Source: Eledone cirrhosa (taxonomy: Eukaryota). Taken from it: 64,000 bases of DNA. Positions 45,690 through 58,910 of the stretch are shown here, one piece after another. The translations under genes and the position numbers were made by a program. The DNA is taken from NCBI GenBank assembly GCA_964016885.1, contig OZ024753.1:38130001-38194000 (forward strand), in the 5' to 3' direction. The notes under the pieces were generated by a model. That model did not search any database. It was not told where the DNA came from and saw nothing but the letters and a program-made list of their open reading frames with translations. The first letter of the stretch is position 1. Each line of letters starts with the position of its first letter.

Positions 45690-45975
45690 CCTTAAAAAGA
45701 TAAGAAAGCATAAAGTCATCTGGTTCGCCATTTCTTCCCACTCTATGTAAAATCCAATGTAACTAAAATCTTCTACTTGACTGTATCGCAACCTCAGATA
45801 CAAAAGTTTGTTCAAAAGCCATACTATTAAGTTGAGTTACAGTGACACCTCAAACACAGCAGCAAATCCGCAACCACATCCTCAGAAAGATTTTTTAAAA
45901 ATATATATATCAAGGCCTGTTCTCTGAACAGATGCTGTATTGCCAAAGCAGTTATCTACAAAGCTGAATATTTAA
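45690..45975 (+). pseudogene. Decayed PLE linker and start of GIY-YIG
   Basis: Multi-frame KIRKHKVIWFA, RYKSLFKSHTIKLSYSDTSN and CSLNRCCIAKAVIYKAE parallel RNIIWFA, RYHSIFNRHTIKLTYSSTKN and CPLNNNCLVKNIVY in the 54079 ORF. Confidence 0.75.
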
Positions 45976-46681
45976 ATACCAGCCATTGAAATACCATCAA
46001 GCGGTTGGGGATCAAGATTATCGACCTCCTCGTAGTGGAGCCAGAAACTGATCACTGATCACTGATCTTTGATCTCAATCAGGCGAAGGACAGAAACTTG
46101 AGACCAACTCATACGCAAAACGAAGAAGATCACGCGGTTGACAAATATTCAAAGAGAATTTGAGTTTCAGTATAATAACCTCTTGTATAATATCAAAATT
46201 CCCGAAGGTTGACACGACTAAACTTTCCAACTAAATTTGGTGTTTAAAAAAAACGTGCATCGTATTACAGTATAAAAACGATTTGTAAAACTGCAGACAA
46301 TGCAGGAGGAGCAACAAAAAACTGGAATTTATGCACAGCTACGACGTCTAATACTGAAACAATTGAGACAAACAGGAGATAAAATACAGATATGATTTGA
46401 TATATTTCAGCATAATTTAAGATATGAGAGGTAATTCTAAGATCCCTTTCTTTTAAAATTTAGTATATTTTGCTAGAGATGAATCCGGTAGTCCAATTAT
46501 ATATAACCGTGTGTTATTGAGGGACGTGAGAACGAGTACTCACAACCGAACATGAGTTTAAATATTCATTTATTGTACAGTTTCACTTGCGCCGTCAGGA
46601 TCATCAGACAATATATATATATACATACACACGCACACATACCACACCACACACACACACACATACGCACATTCACACACA

Positions 46682-46740
<59 letters not shown>

Positions 46741-46781
46741 ATGATATTAATAAATAGAAACTATATTTATAAACCCATATT

Positions 46782-46842
46782 TATTATATTATATATATTT
46801 CAAGGGTACCAAAACTTTGGTACGCTCTCATCAGATAAAATA
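46782..46842 (-). ncRNA. Type I hammerhead ribozyme (family A, diverged)
   Basis: TATTTTAT-CTGATGA-GAG-C-GTACCAAA..TTTGGTAC-C-CTT-GAAA-TATATA-TA-ATATAATA. Confidence 0.8.
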
Positions 46843-46968
46843 CAAAATTTGTTTTATAAATAGTGACATACCCAGGAATCAGACCTTAACAGTTCAGGTT
46901 CTGTTTCCATAGTCAAACAGTCCAGAAATAGCCGTCGAAACGGCTTGAGCTCTGCAGTCGGGGTTAAA

Positions 46969-47027
<59 letters not shown>

Positions 47028-47617
47028 ACACATACATACATAGACATATTCATTTTAAAAGAAGAACTGTAACAGCAAACAACATCCTAGAGAGGTTTAT
47101 CAGTGCCATTTCATACTTCCTAAACTGGTCTATTAAACACTTGCCTAGGTGTTGGCTTTATCTCATAAATACTTTTATAAAATTATTGGTAAATTTATAA
47201 ATCAGACGCAGAGCAATTAACAAATAAAAACATTAAATATTCTCTATTTAAAGTAATATTATGTTAATTCCTGCTAATTATATAAATATATTTACATTAA
47301 ACTAATATATATATACGCTTATGCGTATGTGTTTGTGTTTACCAGTGTGTATATATATCATATGGTAACCACATTATATGTGTTTTTGTGTACAATGCGT
47401 AGAACGCAGTCTTGAGAGAAAATAAATAAATAAAAGAGTGTTTTAGTTTGCTTGAAGCATTGTGGAATAGGTAGGTTTTGGAAAAATGTAACTCTGAGTA
47501 TTGAGGTAAGTAGGTAAGTACTATATTGAAAATGGATATTTATGCGAAATATATCGGGAATAATAAATATTACCAAAATAACTTAAAGAGTTACTCATTT
47601 CTCGTTAATTTCCTAAA

Positions 47618-47792
47618 TACGAGGGTCGGCGGAAAAGCTTATAGCCTGACCAAGATACATTCATGGAATGACCAAATGAAGTTTATTTTTCAACATAGTC
47701 CTTAGAAAGAAACAATTTAGTTATTAATAAGACGAGTTGAAATTAGTGCATGCAAGATTTTAAAGCTCTAGCTTTTCAGCCGATCCTCTTGA
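47618..47792. mobile_element. Mariner-type MITE
   Basis: TACGAGGGTCGGCGGAAAAGCT ... AGCTTTTCAGCCGATCCTCTT imperfect TIRs. Confidence 0.7.
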
Positions 47793-48151
47793 TTACACAT
47801 TGGAGGAATACATTGATTCTATTTGTTGATTGTAGAATCACATTGAACTTGAAATTTCTTCGACATATTTTTACCAACATATTTTAAAAGTTTACCCTTA
47901 TATATAAATTATTAAATAGATAAATTTTAGTTTTTATCTTCGAAATAAATTTATTGAATGCGAATTGACAATATTTACTTAGACACATTTAGCAATAGTT
48001 TTATGGAATCATTATAAAGAATATTTCATAAGATGGGATACGGATTTCATGGCTTCTATATTGTCATAAACAAGCTTTAGAACATCATTTAAAAATATCG
48101 TGTCTGGGGTGAGGAGTGATTTGAAGATTTATACTTACAGCGATATATAAT

Positions 48152-48258
48152 TGTTTCTACGTTAGGCACAAGGCCAGCAATTACCCAGTATATTACTGGT
48201 ACTTTATTTTATCGACCCCGTAAGGATGAAAGGCAAAGTCAACCTCGGCGGGATTTGA
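48152..48258 (-). mobile_element. 5'-truncated SINE S1 with 19-bp TSD
   Basis: acttacagcgatatataat at 48133-48151 and 48259-48277. Confidence 0.92.
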
Positions 48259-48383
48259 ACTTACAGCGATATATAATGAGGATATATTAGTTAGGTAATA
48301 TAAAAAAAAATATTCTAATCAGACTAATTTGTATGTATACATGGATGTATAATACACACAGAGATACAAACACTCTCATACAG

Positions 48384-48417
<34 letters not shown>

Positions 48418-48455
48418 CACACACACTATATATATATATATATATATACACTCAT

Positions 48456-48503
<48 letters not shown>

Positions 48504-48512
48504 TATATGTAT

Positions 48513-48556
<44 letters not shown>

Positions 48557-48759
48557 GCATAACTATATCTACATACAAACACGCACACGCACCGACATAC
48601 AAACACACACACGCACACGTGTGTATGTACGTACGTATGTATGTATATATGTATTTGTATGTATGTATATGTGTATGTATGTGTATGTATATGTATGTAG
48701 ATATATATATATATATATATATGTGTATGTATGTATATGTGTATGTATGTGAATGTATA

Positions 48760-48791
<32 letters not shown>

Positions 48792-48860
48792 GAAAAAAAG
48801 ATGAAATCGAAAATGTAACTGGAGTCTTATTTTAAAAAAAATATATATATTTATTTGGTT

Positions 48861-48898
48861 CCTTTACCGGTTTCGCAGTTCTTCTGCTTTTCAAAAGT
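48861..48898 (-). ncRNA. Candidate minimal hammerhead, U3-A8 core (family F, minus arm)
   Basis: Reverse complement of 48977-49013. Confidence 0.55.
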
Positions 48899-48976
48899 AG
48901 AGTTGAGATGGAGGGTCTGTGGTTTTTCTCACATCTCAGATGTGAGAAAAACTTCAGACCCTCCATCTCAACTCTA

Positions 48977-49013
48977 CTTTTGAAAAGCAGAAGAACTGCG
49001 AAACCGGTAAAGG
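48977..49013 (+). ncRNA. Candidate minimal hammerhead, U3-A8 core (family F, plus arm)
   Basis: CTT-TTGAAAA-GCAG-AAGAA-CTGC-GAAA-CCGG-TA-AAG; stem I only 3 bp. Confidence 0.55.
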
Positions 49014-49159
49014 AACCAAATAAATATATATATTTTTTTTTAAAATAAGACTCCAGTTGCATTTTCGATTTCATCTTTTTTTCTTTATACTTTCACTCGT
49101 GTAGGACACCTCGGTTATTTTTCATTTTGTAAAAAAACAAAAACAAAAAAAACCTCACT

Positions 49160-49191
<32 letters not shown>

Positions 49192-49828
49192 GTATTAGTT
49201 ATACTATTTATGGTTATGTAATTCAATGGCGTTTCTCGAAACGTAACAACCTCCTGTATCGAACTAAAGAACACCAGACTACGATCTCTAACTGGATTGT
49301 CGTGGATTATGTGAAAGGCATATAATCGAAATATACACTCCCTTGACCATGAAAATGCCGAAGTACATGAATTACTTGACATCCCTGCGCTGTGCATCTC
49401 CAATACTTATAACACTTTTAATGCTTGCACTATCTTTAATGCTTATAATATTTCTCCACACACAGACTATATCAATCATATAAAGACTTTGCCACCAGAT
49501 CTACCAACCTAACACTCTTATTTACCTACCTAAGTGCCTCTACCACACATATCTCTCTGCCACACTATATAAACAAGACGCACATGCGTGCCACACATAT
49601 AACATTTGCACTATATAACCACTTATCTTCATGTTGTACTTTAACCTATATCTTTGATTTTTGATTGTACCTATTAATATAAATGTAATCTCGAAGTGTG
49701 TACTGCCACTCTAAATTCTGTAATGAATGTTGACCCACAATGTTTGAATATGTATCAATGTTTGAATATGTGTTGGTATGTCTCTCGGCTGAAAAGGAGG
49801 TCATATAACTGTCCGTGCATTAATAAAT

Positions 49829-49875
49829 TGCTCCGAAGAATCCAAACCTCGGTTTGGAGGAAACAGCTGTAAGCA
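49829..49875 (+). ncRNA. Type I hammerhead ribozyme, CCGAAGA (C4) core variant
   Basis: TGCT-CCGAAGA-A-TCCAAACC-TC-GGTTTGGA-G-GAAA-CAGCTG-TA-AGCA, ~40 bp upstream of (TA)n. Confidence 0.7.
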
Positions 49876-49906
49876 CAATAATGTTTTGAACAGTTCTTTG
49901 ATTCTT

Positions 49907-49945
<39 letters not shown>

Positions 49946-49960
49946 ATGTATGTATATGTG

Positions 49961-50035
<75 letters not shown>

Positions 50036-50042
50036 ATGTATG

Positions 50043-50102
<60 letters not shown>

Positions 50103-51056
50103 CATATATGTGAGTATGTATGAATGCATGAATGCTTGTATATATGTGTGTATGTATATATATATATATGTATGTCAGAGTGTATATGAAGTAAAGACTA
50201 GTTCAATAAGTATCAAATGAAGAACACTGCCAGTTCTATTGCTACTTCACTCAATTCTACTTTAGATTATAACCGATATTTATGTTAACGACACTAAAAC
50301 GATGCTAAATGAAACTGGCATTGCCCCCCCGCTCTCTCTCTGTGAAATGCAAGATTAACGACAGCAAAAGTCGATAACGCCATATTGCTAGTAATTTCTA
50401 TCTGTTTCATCTCTACCACTCCCCCCCCAACCTTCTCATCATAATCCTTCTCCTCCGCCTCGCCACCACCACCACCATCATCATCACCCCTCCTCCCTTT
50501 CTTCTTCGTCTCTTCCTCCCCTCCTCCTCCTCATCATCATACCCACCCACCCCTTCTCTTCCCCCTGATCATCATCATCACAACCACCCTTCCTTTCCTT
50601 TCCTCTTCCTTTCTATAAATTGTAAGGCGGCGAATTGACAAAGTCGTTGTGTGGGTGGTGGCGGCGTTGGGTTGAATGCCTCGGTAATTAATCCGACTCC
50701 TCACTCTGAGTTCAAATCCCACCAAGGTCGATAAATAAAGTAGCAGCAGTCAAGTACTTGAGTTGTTTCTTCTTCTTCTTACCCCCCCCCACTCTCTCAC
50801 TGCAGTAGACTTGGATATTTTTCAAATGGCCGAACTCCAACCCTCTCCAGGCCTTAACATAGGCGATCTCTTCCAGAGAAGGAGAGAAAGTGATAGAGAA
50901 AGAGATGTAGCGGATGAATCTATCCCAGTAAGAGCCTGGCAGCATTTCCATCGATTTCGGAAGGACGAAAGACAAAGCTGACCCAGGCAGAATTTGAACT
51001 CAACGGACAGATAACCAGACGGATATCGTAAAACATTCTATCTGTCATTCTAGCGA

Positions 51057-51107
<51 letters not shown>

Positions 51108-51170
51108 CACACACATATATATATATATACTATATATACACACAGAGACATTTATATATATATTTGATAA

Positions 51171-51868
51171 GAGAGATGAACACTAATATAAACATACATG
51201 TGTTCGAATCGTAAGGACTAGGTTAGCTAGGGTGAAAAAATACTAACTACAGCAATATGGTTTGTCAGACTTCATTTTAAGTAGTAAATTAAGAAAAATA
51301 ACAGACCTATATCTTAGAGCTATTTAATTGTAAGAGACTACTCTGAGTTTCTAACTCACTATAATATTTGTCGACTCCATCATGTAGAGCTAATTTTAAT
51401 GTCTCGATAACCAGGCTGCTATTTTTAGCGGCACGAGATTTCGAGACAAGCTGGGTTCCGGAGACACGTGCGCTATTTCATATCGCACACAATTCAGTCT
51501 TCTAATATTTTTAGAAGTGGAAGGATCGCTAATTTCTCTACAACTACTGAGGGGCAGAGAAACGTGTTGACTTCACTTAATAAGATATTGCGAAACAGTT
51601 TTCAAAACTGTCTAGTTGTTACCAGGCGAATGCCCGATATAGGTCTGTTATTTTTCTTAATTTACTACTTAAAATTAAGACTGACAAACCATATTGCTGT
51701 AGTTAGTATTTTTTCACCCTAGCTAACCTAGTCCTTACGATTCGAACACATGTATGTTTATATTAGTGTCCATCTCTCATGTTTATTCAATTATATTACA
51801 CGGCTCGAAAAGCTTTTTTCTTAGAGCTATTTAATTGTAAGAGACTACTCTGAGTTTCTAACTCATTA
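51171..51868 (+). mobile_element. HHR-bearing insertion with inverted and direct terminal repeats (family G)
   Basis: Inverted repeat 51171-51313/51636-51778; direct repeat from 51314 and 51821 (507-bp spacing); TA flanks. Confidence 0.8.
51540..51619 (+). ncRNA. Type I hammerhead motif with long helix III and A9G substitution
   Basis: ACAACTA-CTGAGGG-GCAG...TTGC-GAAA-CAGTTTT-C-AAAACTG-TC-TAGTTGT; 7-bp stem I; GUC site. Confidence 0.65.
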
Positions 51869-52105
51869 TATATATATATTTGATATATATTTATCCTTAT
51901 CGAGCCCTCTTTGGATTTTAGTCTTCAAATTTATTATTATTACTATATATACATATATATATATATCTATATATATATATATATATATACGTATGTTTAA
52001 TGGTAGCTATTGTGCTTCCATGGGCGGCATGCCAAAATTAGCACTCAATATTCTTACAGAGCAGAGTGTGAATAGTATAATACTATAATATAGTATATAC
52101 TATAA

Positions 52106-52144
<39 letters not shown>

Positions 52145-52272
52145 AAGTTATATTTAAAATTGTTGGGTTACAACTAGTAAATATTTATAACTGATATAAA
52201 AGCACTCGACAAATACTTGGAGTATATTTACAATATTAAATAAATGGAAAACTATATTTATAAAACCATATT

Positions 52273-52338
52273 TATTTCATTATATATATTTCGGGGATAT
52301 CATATTAACAATATGCTATGCCTTCATCAGACAAAATA
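52273..52338 (-). ncRNA. Type I hammerhead ribozyme (family A, inverted arm)
   Basis: Reverse complement of 56869-56934. Confidence 0.78.
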
Positions 52339-52709
52339 CAATATAAACAGTTTTATAGATAAATATATTCGACATACCGTAATAAACATCAACTTCATTT
52401 GAAGAGGTTTACTCTAGCAGTGAAAATACAGAGAGAAAGAAAGAGAGAGAGAAAAGAGGGAAATAAGAAAGAAAGAAAGACAAAAGGAAGAAAAGGAAGA
52501 AAAAGAAGAAAAAGAAAAAGAAGAAATGCATGGGACAAAATAGAGAGATGGAAAAATAGATAAAGCGAAGAGCATCATGTAAAGAGACAGAAAGAGATAT
52601 ATATATATATAGAGAGAGAGAGGAAATAGAGATAGATACATATATAAATATAGATATAGAAAAATTAGGTAGTGGGAGGTCATTTTGAGTAAGTGTATCA
52701 ATGATGCAT

Positions 52710-52744
<35 letters not shown>

Positions 52745-54078
52745 GCTCAAGTATTAATGTAAGGGAGATATATAGAGAGATATAGAGAGATATAGAGAGA
52801 GAAAAACTTTAAAAATAGCCAGACATATTCGAGGCGTAGAAAACCCTATGTTTTAATGTATTAGTATTTATAAAACTTACACTATATTGTAAATATCAGT
52901 ATTCCTGAATGAAACAAGTATTCACAATGCGTGAAAATTCATTATCTTATGTTTAGTTTTTTAAAAAATTCATATGTCTATGTGAATCCAACTGATTCAC
53001 TCCGCAAATTCAAAGTTACCGGAAAACATTCTCAATGTGGTATAAAAATTTGAGCGTATTATTATTCTTGCGATTACTCTACAAGATTATCTATCAAGCA
53101 GAAATAGAGAGCAGATTTCAATATACTAATCGAAAATATATATTATATTATAAGCAGAGATAACAATAATAATGATAATAAGTAAAAATATATAAAAATA
53201 TAAAAATATAGAATAGAAAACTAAAAAAGAATATTACGAAAGAATATTACATAATAAAAATATTGCATATTAAAAATACTACGTATTAAAAATATTACGT
53301 ATTAAAACTTTACATATAAAAATATTAAAAATAAAAATAAAAATTTACATATAAAAATAAAAATATTAAAAATAAAAATAAAATAAAATAAAAAATAAAA
53401 ATATTATAGGATACTACAATACTAAAAGAATAAAAATAAAAATAAAAATAAAAATAAAAATAAAAATAAAAATAAAAATAAAAATAAAAATAAAAATAAA
53501 AATAAAAATAAAAATAAAAATAAAAATGAAAATAAAAATAAACCACAAAGAACAACCCTTCAAAGTTAATTGACAATATATTGCCAAGTTCACTACAAGA
53601 CAAAGCCAAAAATTATCTATCAAATCACATCTAGCAAGGAATATCGCAAAAAAGATTATGATGTCCAATAATGTCTACATATGTTCCTATATTTAATATA
53701 TAAGTTTATCAAGTGTAAGGTTAATTCAAAAAATTTGGAGCATCGGCTTTTAGGGTAGCTTAATTTTTCATGAGGAATGTTTAGATAAAAATAAAAATAA
53801 AAATAAAAATAAAAATAAATAAAATAAAATAAACAATAAAAAGAGTAAAAAGAGGGAATCAAAGATTTAGGAATCAAAAGATTTATCGGCTAGTTCTCAT
53901 ATAAATATAAATCAAACTAAATATACTACATTTTAAATTTAAATTTATATTTAAACGTTGAGTTTAATCTATGTTTGCAACAACTGAATAAATTTGTCCG
54001 TAGGTTAAGGGAATTTTTAGATTTTAGTATAAAGAATATCTCCTCTGCGCAGAGGTCACATGTCTCTTTGACATAACT

Positions 54079-55335
54079 ATGGGATCTTCCGACTCAGTTC
54101 AGGTAACTGACCTTGTGGGCTTATTTTTAATCAATTCGCTACATAGGAAAATACCTGGTACTACCGGAGGTTTATATAGGGATGACATGCTTTTACTTAT
54201 TAATAATAATAACCCTGAACTAAATAGAAAATGTAAACAAATTACAAAATTTTTTAATTACTTTAACCTTAAAATAGAAATTGAGAACAACCATAGAATA
54301 GTCAATTTCCTAGATATAACATTAAATCTCAACACATGTCTCCACTATCCTTTTCACAAGTTGAATGAAAACTTAAACTATGTCAACTTTAACTCTAACC
54401 ACCCCAGATCTGTCAAAAACACTATAGTAAACTCAGTCCAAAAACGTATCTCTAGGATCTCGTCGAATAGAAAGATTTTTGACGAAAAGGCCCAATACTA
54501 TAATGATGCACTAGCTAGGGCAGGGTATGCTGATAAGATTGTGTACATAGATAATGATAAACAAACTAAACAAAGTAACAACTTTTTTAATTACGGCAAC
54601 AACATTAACAACTATAATAGAAAGCATTACAATAATTCCAAAGGACAAAAAAGAAATAGAACTAGGAACATAATTTGGTTTGCCCCCCCTTTCTCACTAA
54701 ACATTAAAACCCACATCGCTAAATTATTTTTCAAAGCTCTTGATAATCGCTTCCCTAGAACACATAGGTACCACTCAATCTTCAATAGGCATACAATTAA
54801 ATTAACCTACTCATCCACCAAAAATTTAGCACAAAATATTAATAGAATAAATAATAGGAACTTAAAACCTACTGATAATAGCATAAATAATATACAAGTT
54901 AACAAATGTAACTGTAGAGATAGATCTAAATGTCCGTTAAATAACAACTGCTTAGTTAAAAATATAGTATACAATTGTAATGTTAATACTGACTCTAATT
55001 CTTTTAACTACGTCGGTTCCACATCGACGGAATTTAAACTTCGCTATAATAACCACAAGAATTCTTTCACAGATCCAAATAAAAAATCTTCAACGGCACT
55101 ATCAGGTGTACTCTGGCAACTTAAGCTAGATAACGTTAGATATTCGACGGCTTGGAATATAGTCTCAAGAGGGATTCCTTTTAATTCATCCTCTGAGACA
55201 TGTGACCTCTGCGCAGAGGAGATATTCTTTATACTAAAATCTAAAAATTCCCTTAACCTACGGACAAATTTATTCAGTTGTTGCAAACATAGATTAAACT
55301 CAACGTTTAAATATAAATTTAAATTTAAAATGTAG
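54079..55335 (+). CDS. PLE polyprotein, 5'-truncated: RT palm/thumb, CNC-x5-CPL-x3-C linker, GIY-YIG endonuclease
   Basis: (FDIT)MGS motif, GLYRDD, NFLDITL, SNHP, IVY..YVGST..RYNNH, CDLC..E..LN..CKH. The frame is open back to the inversion junction (~54064), so the Met is internal. Confidence 0.93.
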   Translation: MGSSDSVQVTDLVGLFLINSLHRKIPGTTGGLYRDDMLLLINNNNPELNRKCKQITKFFNYFNLKIEIENNHRIVNFLDITLNLNTCLHYPFHKLNENLNYVNFNSNHPRSVKNTIVNSVQKRISRISSNRKIFDEKAQYYNDALARAGYADKIVYIDNDKQTKQSNNFFNYGNNINNYNRKHYNNSKGQKRNRTRNIIWFAPPFSLNIKTHIAKLFFKALDNRFPRTHRYHSIFNRHTIKLTYSSTKNLAQNINRINNRNLKPTDNSINNIQVNKCNCRDRSKCPLNNNCLVKNIVYNCNVNTDSNSFNYVGSTSTEFKLRYNNHKNSFTDPNKKSSTALSGVLWQLKLDNVRYSTAWNIVSRGIPFNSSSETCDLCAEEIFFILKSKNSLNLRTNLFSCCKHRLNSTFKYKFKFKM

Positions 55336-56462
55336 TATATTTAGTTTGATTTATATTTATATGAGAACTAGCCGATAAATCTTTTGATTCCTAAATCTTT
55401 GATTCCCTCTTTTTACTCTTTTTATTGTTTATTTTATTTTATTTATTTTTATTTTTATTTTTATTTTTATCTAAACATTCCTCATGAAAAATTAAGCTAC
55501 CCTAAAAGCCGATGCTCCAAATTTTTTGAATTAACCTTACACTTGATAAACTTATATATTAAATATAGGAACATATGTAGACATTATTGGACATCATAAT
55601 CTTTTTTGCGATATTCCTTGCTAGATGTGATTTGATAGATAATTTTTGGCTTTGTCTTGTAGTGAACTTGGCAATATATTGTCAATTAACTTTGAAGGGT
55701 TGTTCTTTGTGGTTTATTTTTATTTTCATTTTTATTTTTATTTTTATTTTTATTTTTATTTTTATTTTTATTTTTATTCTTTTAGTATTGTAGTATCCTA
55801 TAATATTTTTATTTTTTATTTTATTTTATTTTTATTTTTAATATTTTTATTTTTATATGTAAATTTTTATTTTTATTTTTAATATTTTTATATGTAAAGT
55901 TTTAATACGTAATATTTTTAATACGTAGTATTTTTAATATGCAATATTTTTATTATGTAATATTCTTTCGTAATATTCTTTTTTAGTTTTCTATTCTATA
56001 TTTTTATATTTTTATATATTTTTACTTATTATCATTATTATTGTTATCTCTGCTTATAATATAATATATATTTTCGATTAGTATATTGAAATCTGCTCTC
56101 TATTTCTGCTTGATAGATAATCTTGTAGAGTAATCGCAAGAATAATAATACGCTCAAATTTTTATACCACATTGAGAATGTTTTCCGGTAACTTTGAATT
56201 TGCGGAGTGAATCAGTTGGATTCACATAGACATATGAATTTTTTAAAAAACTAAACATAAGATAATGAATTTTCACGCATTGTGAATACTTGTTTCATTC
56301 AGGAATACTGATATTTACAATATAGTGTAAGTTTTATAAATACTAATACATTAAAACATAGGGTTTTCTACGCCTCGAATATGTCTGGCTATTTTTAAAG
56401 TTTTTCTCTCTCTATATCTCTCTATATCTCTCTATATATCTCCCTTACATTAATACTTGAGC

Positions 56463-56497
<35 letters not shown>

Positions 56498-56868
56498 ATG
56501 CATCATTGATACACTTACTCAAAATGACCTCCCACTACCTAATTTTTCTATATCTATATTTATATATGTATCTATCTCTATTTCCTCTCTCTCTCTCTAT
56601 ATATATATATCTCTTTCTGTCTCTTTACATGATGCTCTTCGCTTTATCTATTTTTCCATCTCTCTATTTTGTCCCATGCATTTCTTCTTTTTCTTTTTCT
56701 TCTTTTTCTTCCTTTTCTTCGTTTTGTCTTTCTTTCTTTCTTATTTCCCTCTTTTCTCTCTCTCTTTCTTTCTCTCTGTATTTTCACTGCTAGAGTAAAC
56801 CTCTTCAAATGAAGTTGATGTTTATTACGGTATGTCGAATATATTTATCTATAAAACTGTTTATATTG

Positions 56869-56934
56869 TATTTTGTCTGATGAAGGCATAGCATATTGTT
56901 AATATGATATCCCCGAAATATATATAATGAAATA
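56869..56934 (+). ncRNA. Type I hammerhead ribozyme (family A, 3' terminal repeat)
   Basis: TATTTTGT-CTGATGA-AGG-C-ATAGCATATT-GTT-AATATGATAT-C-CCC-GAAA-TATATA-TA-ATGAAATA. Confidence 0.78.
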
Positions 56935-56972
56935 AATATGGTTTTATAAATATAGTTTTCCATTTATTTAAT

Positions 56973-57008
<36 letters not shown>

Positions 57009-57092
57009 AACATGGAACGGGAACAAAACAGAGAGGCAGTACGAACAAAGGTTTATTAGTTTCACGCTCTTGAGAGTGGGGTGGTGGTGGGG

Positions 57093-57126
57093 GACGACGT
57101 TTCGGGCAAAAGCCCTTCTTCAGGCG
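57093..57126 (-). ncRNA. Minimal hammerhead core
   Basis: CTGAAGA-A-GGGC-TTTT-GCCC-GAAA-CG-TC; stem I weak (2 bp); island between TA tracts. Confidence 0.6.
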
Positions 57127-57572
57127 AAAAGTGTGTGGGAAGAGAGTTCCAAGGGTATATATATATATATATCCCACAGAAAGCTATTTACCTCTAATAC
57201 AGTCAGAGATATCAATGAAAAGATAACATGTCAACACAGAGAAGCAATTAAACATTTAACTTAAGCTAAAATCTCGATTATAGAGGTTATAAGCTAGACA
57301 AACTAAAATTAGTCAGTTTCTCTCATATAATATTCACAACCGTGGTTTCAGGAGTTAAGAAACAATATCAATTATCTCAATAAATTAAGACAACCAATAT
57401 TGGAAGAATTATTCCGTCTTCAGGGGGGGGGAAATTCTTTGGAAGTGGAGAAAATATTGAATAGATATCATACAGACCATGTTATTATTGAAATCGCATG
57501 GTGTATCCAACAGTCTGGGTCATTGGACTACTATGTATGTGTGTGTGTGTATGTGTGCGTGTGTGTGTGTGT

Positions 57573-57620
<48 letters not shown>

Positions 57621-57649
57621 ATACATATATACATGCGTCGATGACGAAC

Positions 57650-58047
57650 AGCATAGGTAGAACGTCGGACAACATGCTTTGCGGCATAGAGTTTCGGCCC
57701 TTTGGGTTCTGAGTTCAAATCCCGTGGAGGTTAGGTTTGCCTTTCATCCTTACGGGGTCGATAAAATAAAGCACCAGTAATATACTGGGGTCGATTTAAT
57801 CGACTTCCCCCTCCCCCCAAATTGCTGGCCTTGTGCCTATATCAGAAACCATTATTAAAGGTGGATTGGCAGTATCGGTAGAGGGTCAGACGCCATGCTT
57901 TGACACATAGAGTTACGGCCCTTACCATTCTGAGTTCAAATCCCGCCGAGGTTAATTTTGCCTTTCATCCTTACGGGGTCGATAAAATAAAGTACCAGCA
58001 ATACACTGGGGTAATTGCTGGCCTTGTGCCAAAAGTGGAAACAATTA
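57650..58047 (+). mobile_element. Two tandem SINE S1 copies (long and short variants)
   Basis: Consensus motifs; second head at ~57860. Confidence 0.88.
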
Positions 58048-58644
58048 TTATTATTTTTTTAAAAAGAGATCGATATTTTTTAGTACCTATAGATTAAATT
58101 GAAAATCAAATTATCTGAAATACTAAAAACTGCGCCCTTTTCACAAATTCTGTTGCTGTGTATTTAAGTAAAATACAATAACAAGAAAATTGAAAATTAA
58201 ATCATAATTTCGTTTATTTTTTATATTGGCAATATCAGATATAACAACAACAACAACAACAACAATAAGGACAACAACAACAACAATAAGGACAAGAACA
58301 TTAACAACAACAACAATAACAGCAACATCGATAACAATGTTGATTTCTAACAGCAACACTTAGATTTCTATCATCACAATAATAATAATAATATTAATAA
58401 TAATAATAATAATGATAATAATAATAATCACAACGACAATAGTGATAGTGATGGTGATGGTGATGGTTTCTGAAAACGAATTATTATTTCTAAGCGATCA
58501 GAAATAACTCCGTCTTGCTAAGTATTTCAATAATGTAACAACAAATGAAATCACTGGGGGTGGGGTGTGGGGTGGGAGAGAGTGAGGGAGACAAAAGATA
58601 GAGAGAGAGGTAGTGAGGAAGAGAGAGTGAGAGGTAGTGAAAGA

Positions 58645-58695
<51 letters not shown>

Positions 58696-58848
58696 CGTAG
58701 GTAGAGAGCGAGTGAAAGAGATAGCGAGAAAGGGGGAGAAGAAAGACATGAAGAGAGAAAGAGAAAAGAAAGAGCGAGTGGAGGGGAGGGGGTGAGAGAA
58801 AGACAGAGAAAGAAAGGAGAGAGGGGGAAGACACTGAGAAAGAAAAAA

Positions 58849-58910
<62 letters not shown>

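Larger units (their letters stand above)
48791..49130. mobile_element. Near-perfect palindromic insertion, family F
   Basis: Arms 48791-48936/48938-49084 with a 1-nt centre, ~3 substitutions and 1 indel; ~46-bp tail on the right. Confidence 0.9.
52140..56978 (+). mobile_element. 5'-truncated, 5'-inverted Penelope-like retroelement (family A)
   Basis: Inverted arms 52229-54066/55195-56978 nearly identical; ~90-bp extra tail 52140-52228; RT-GIY-YIG ORF; HHR in each arm; (TA)n on both sides. Confidence 0.95.
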
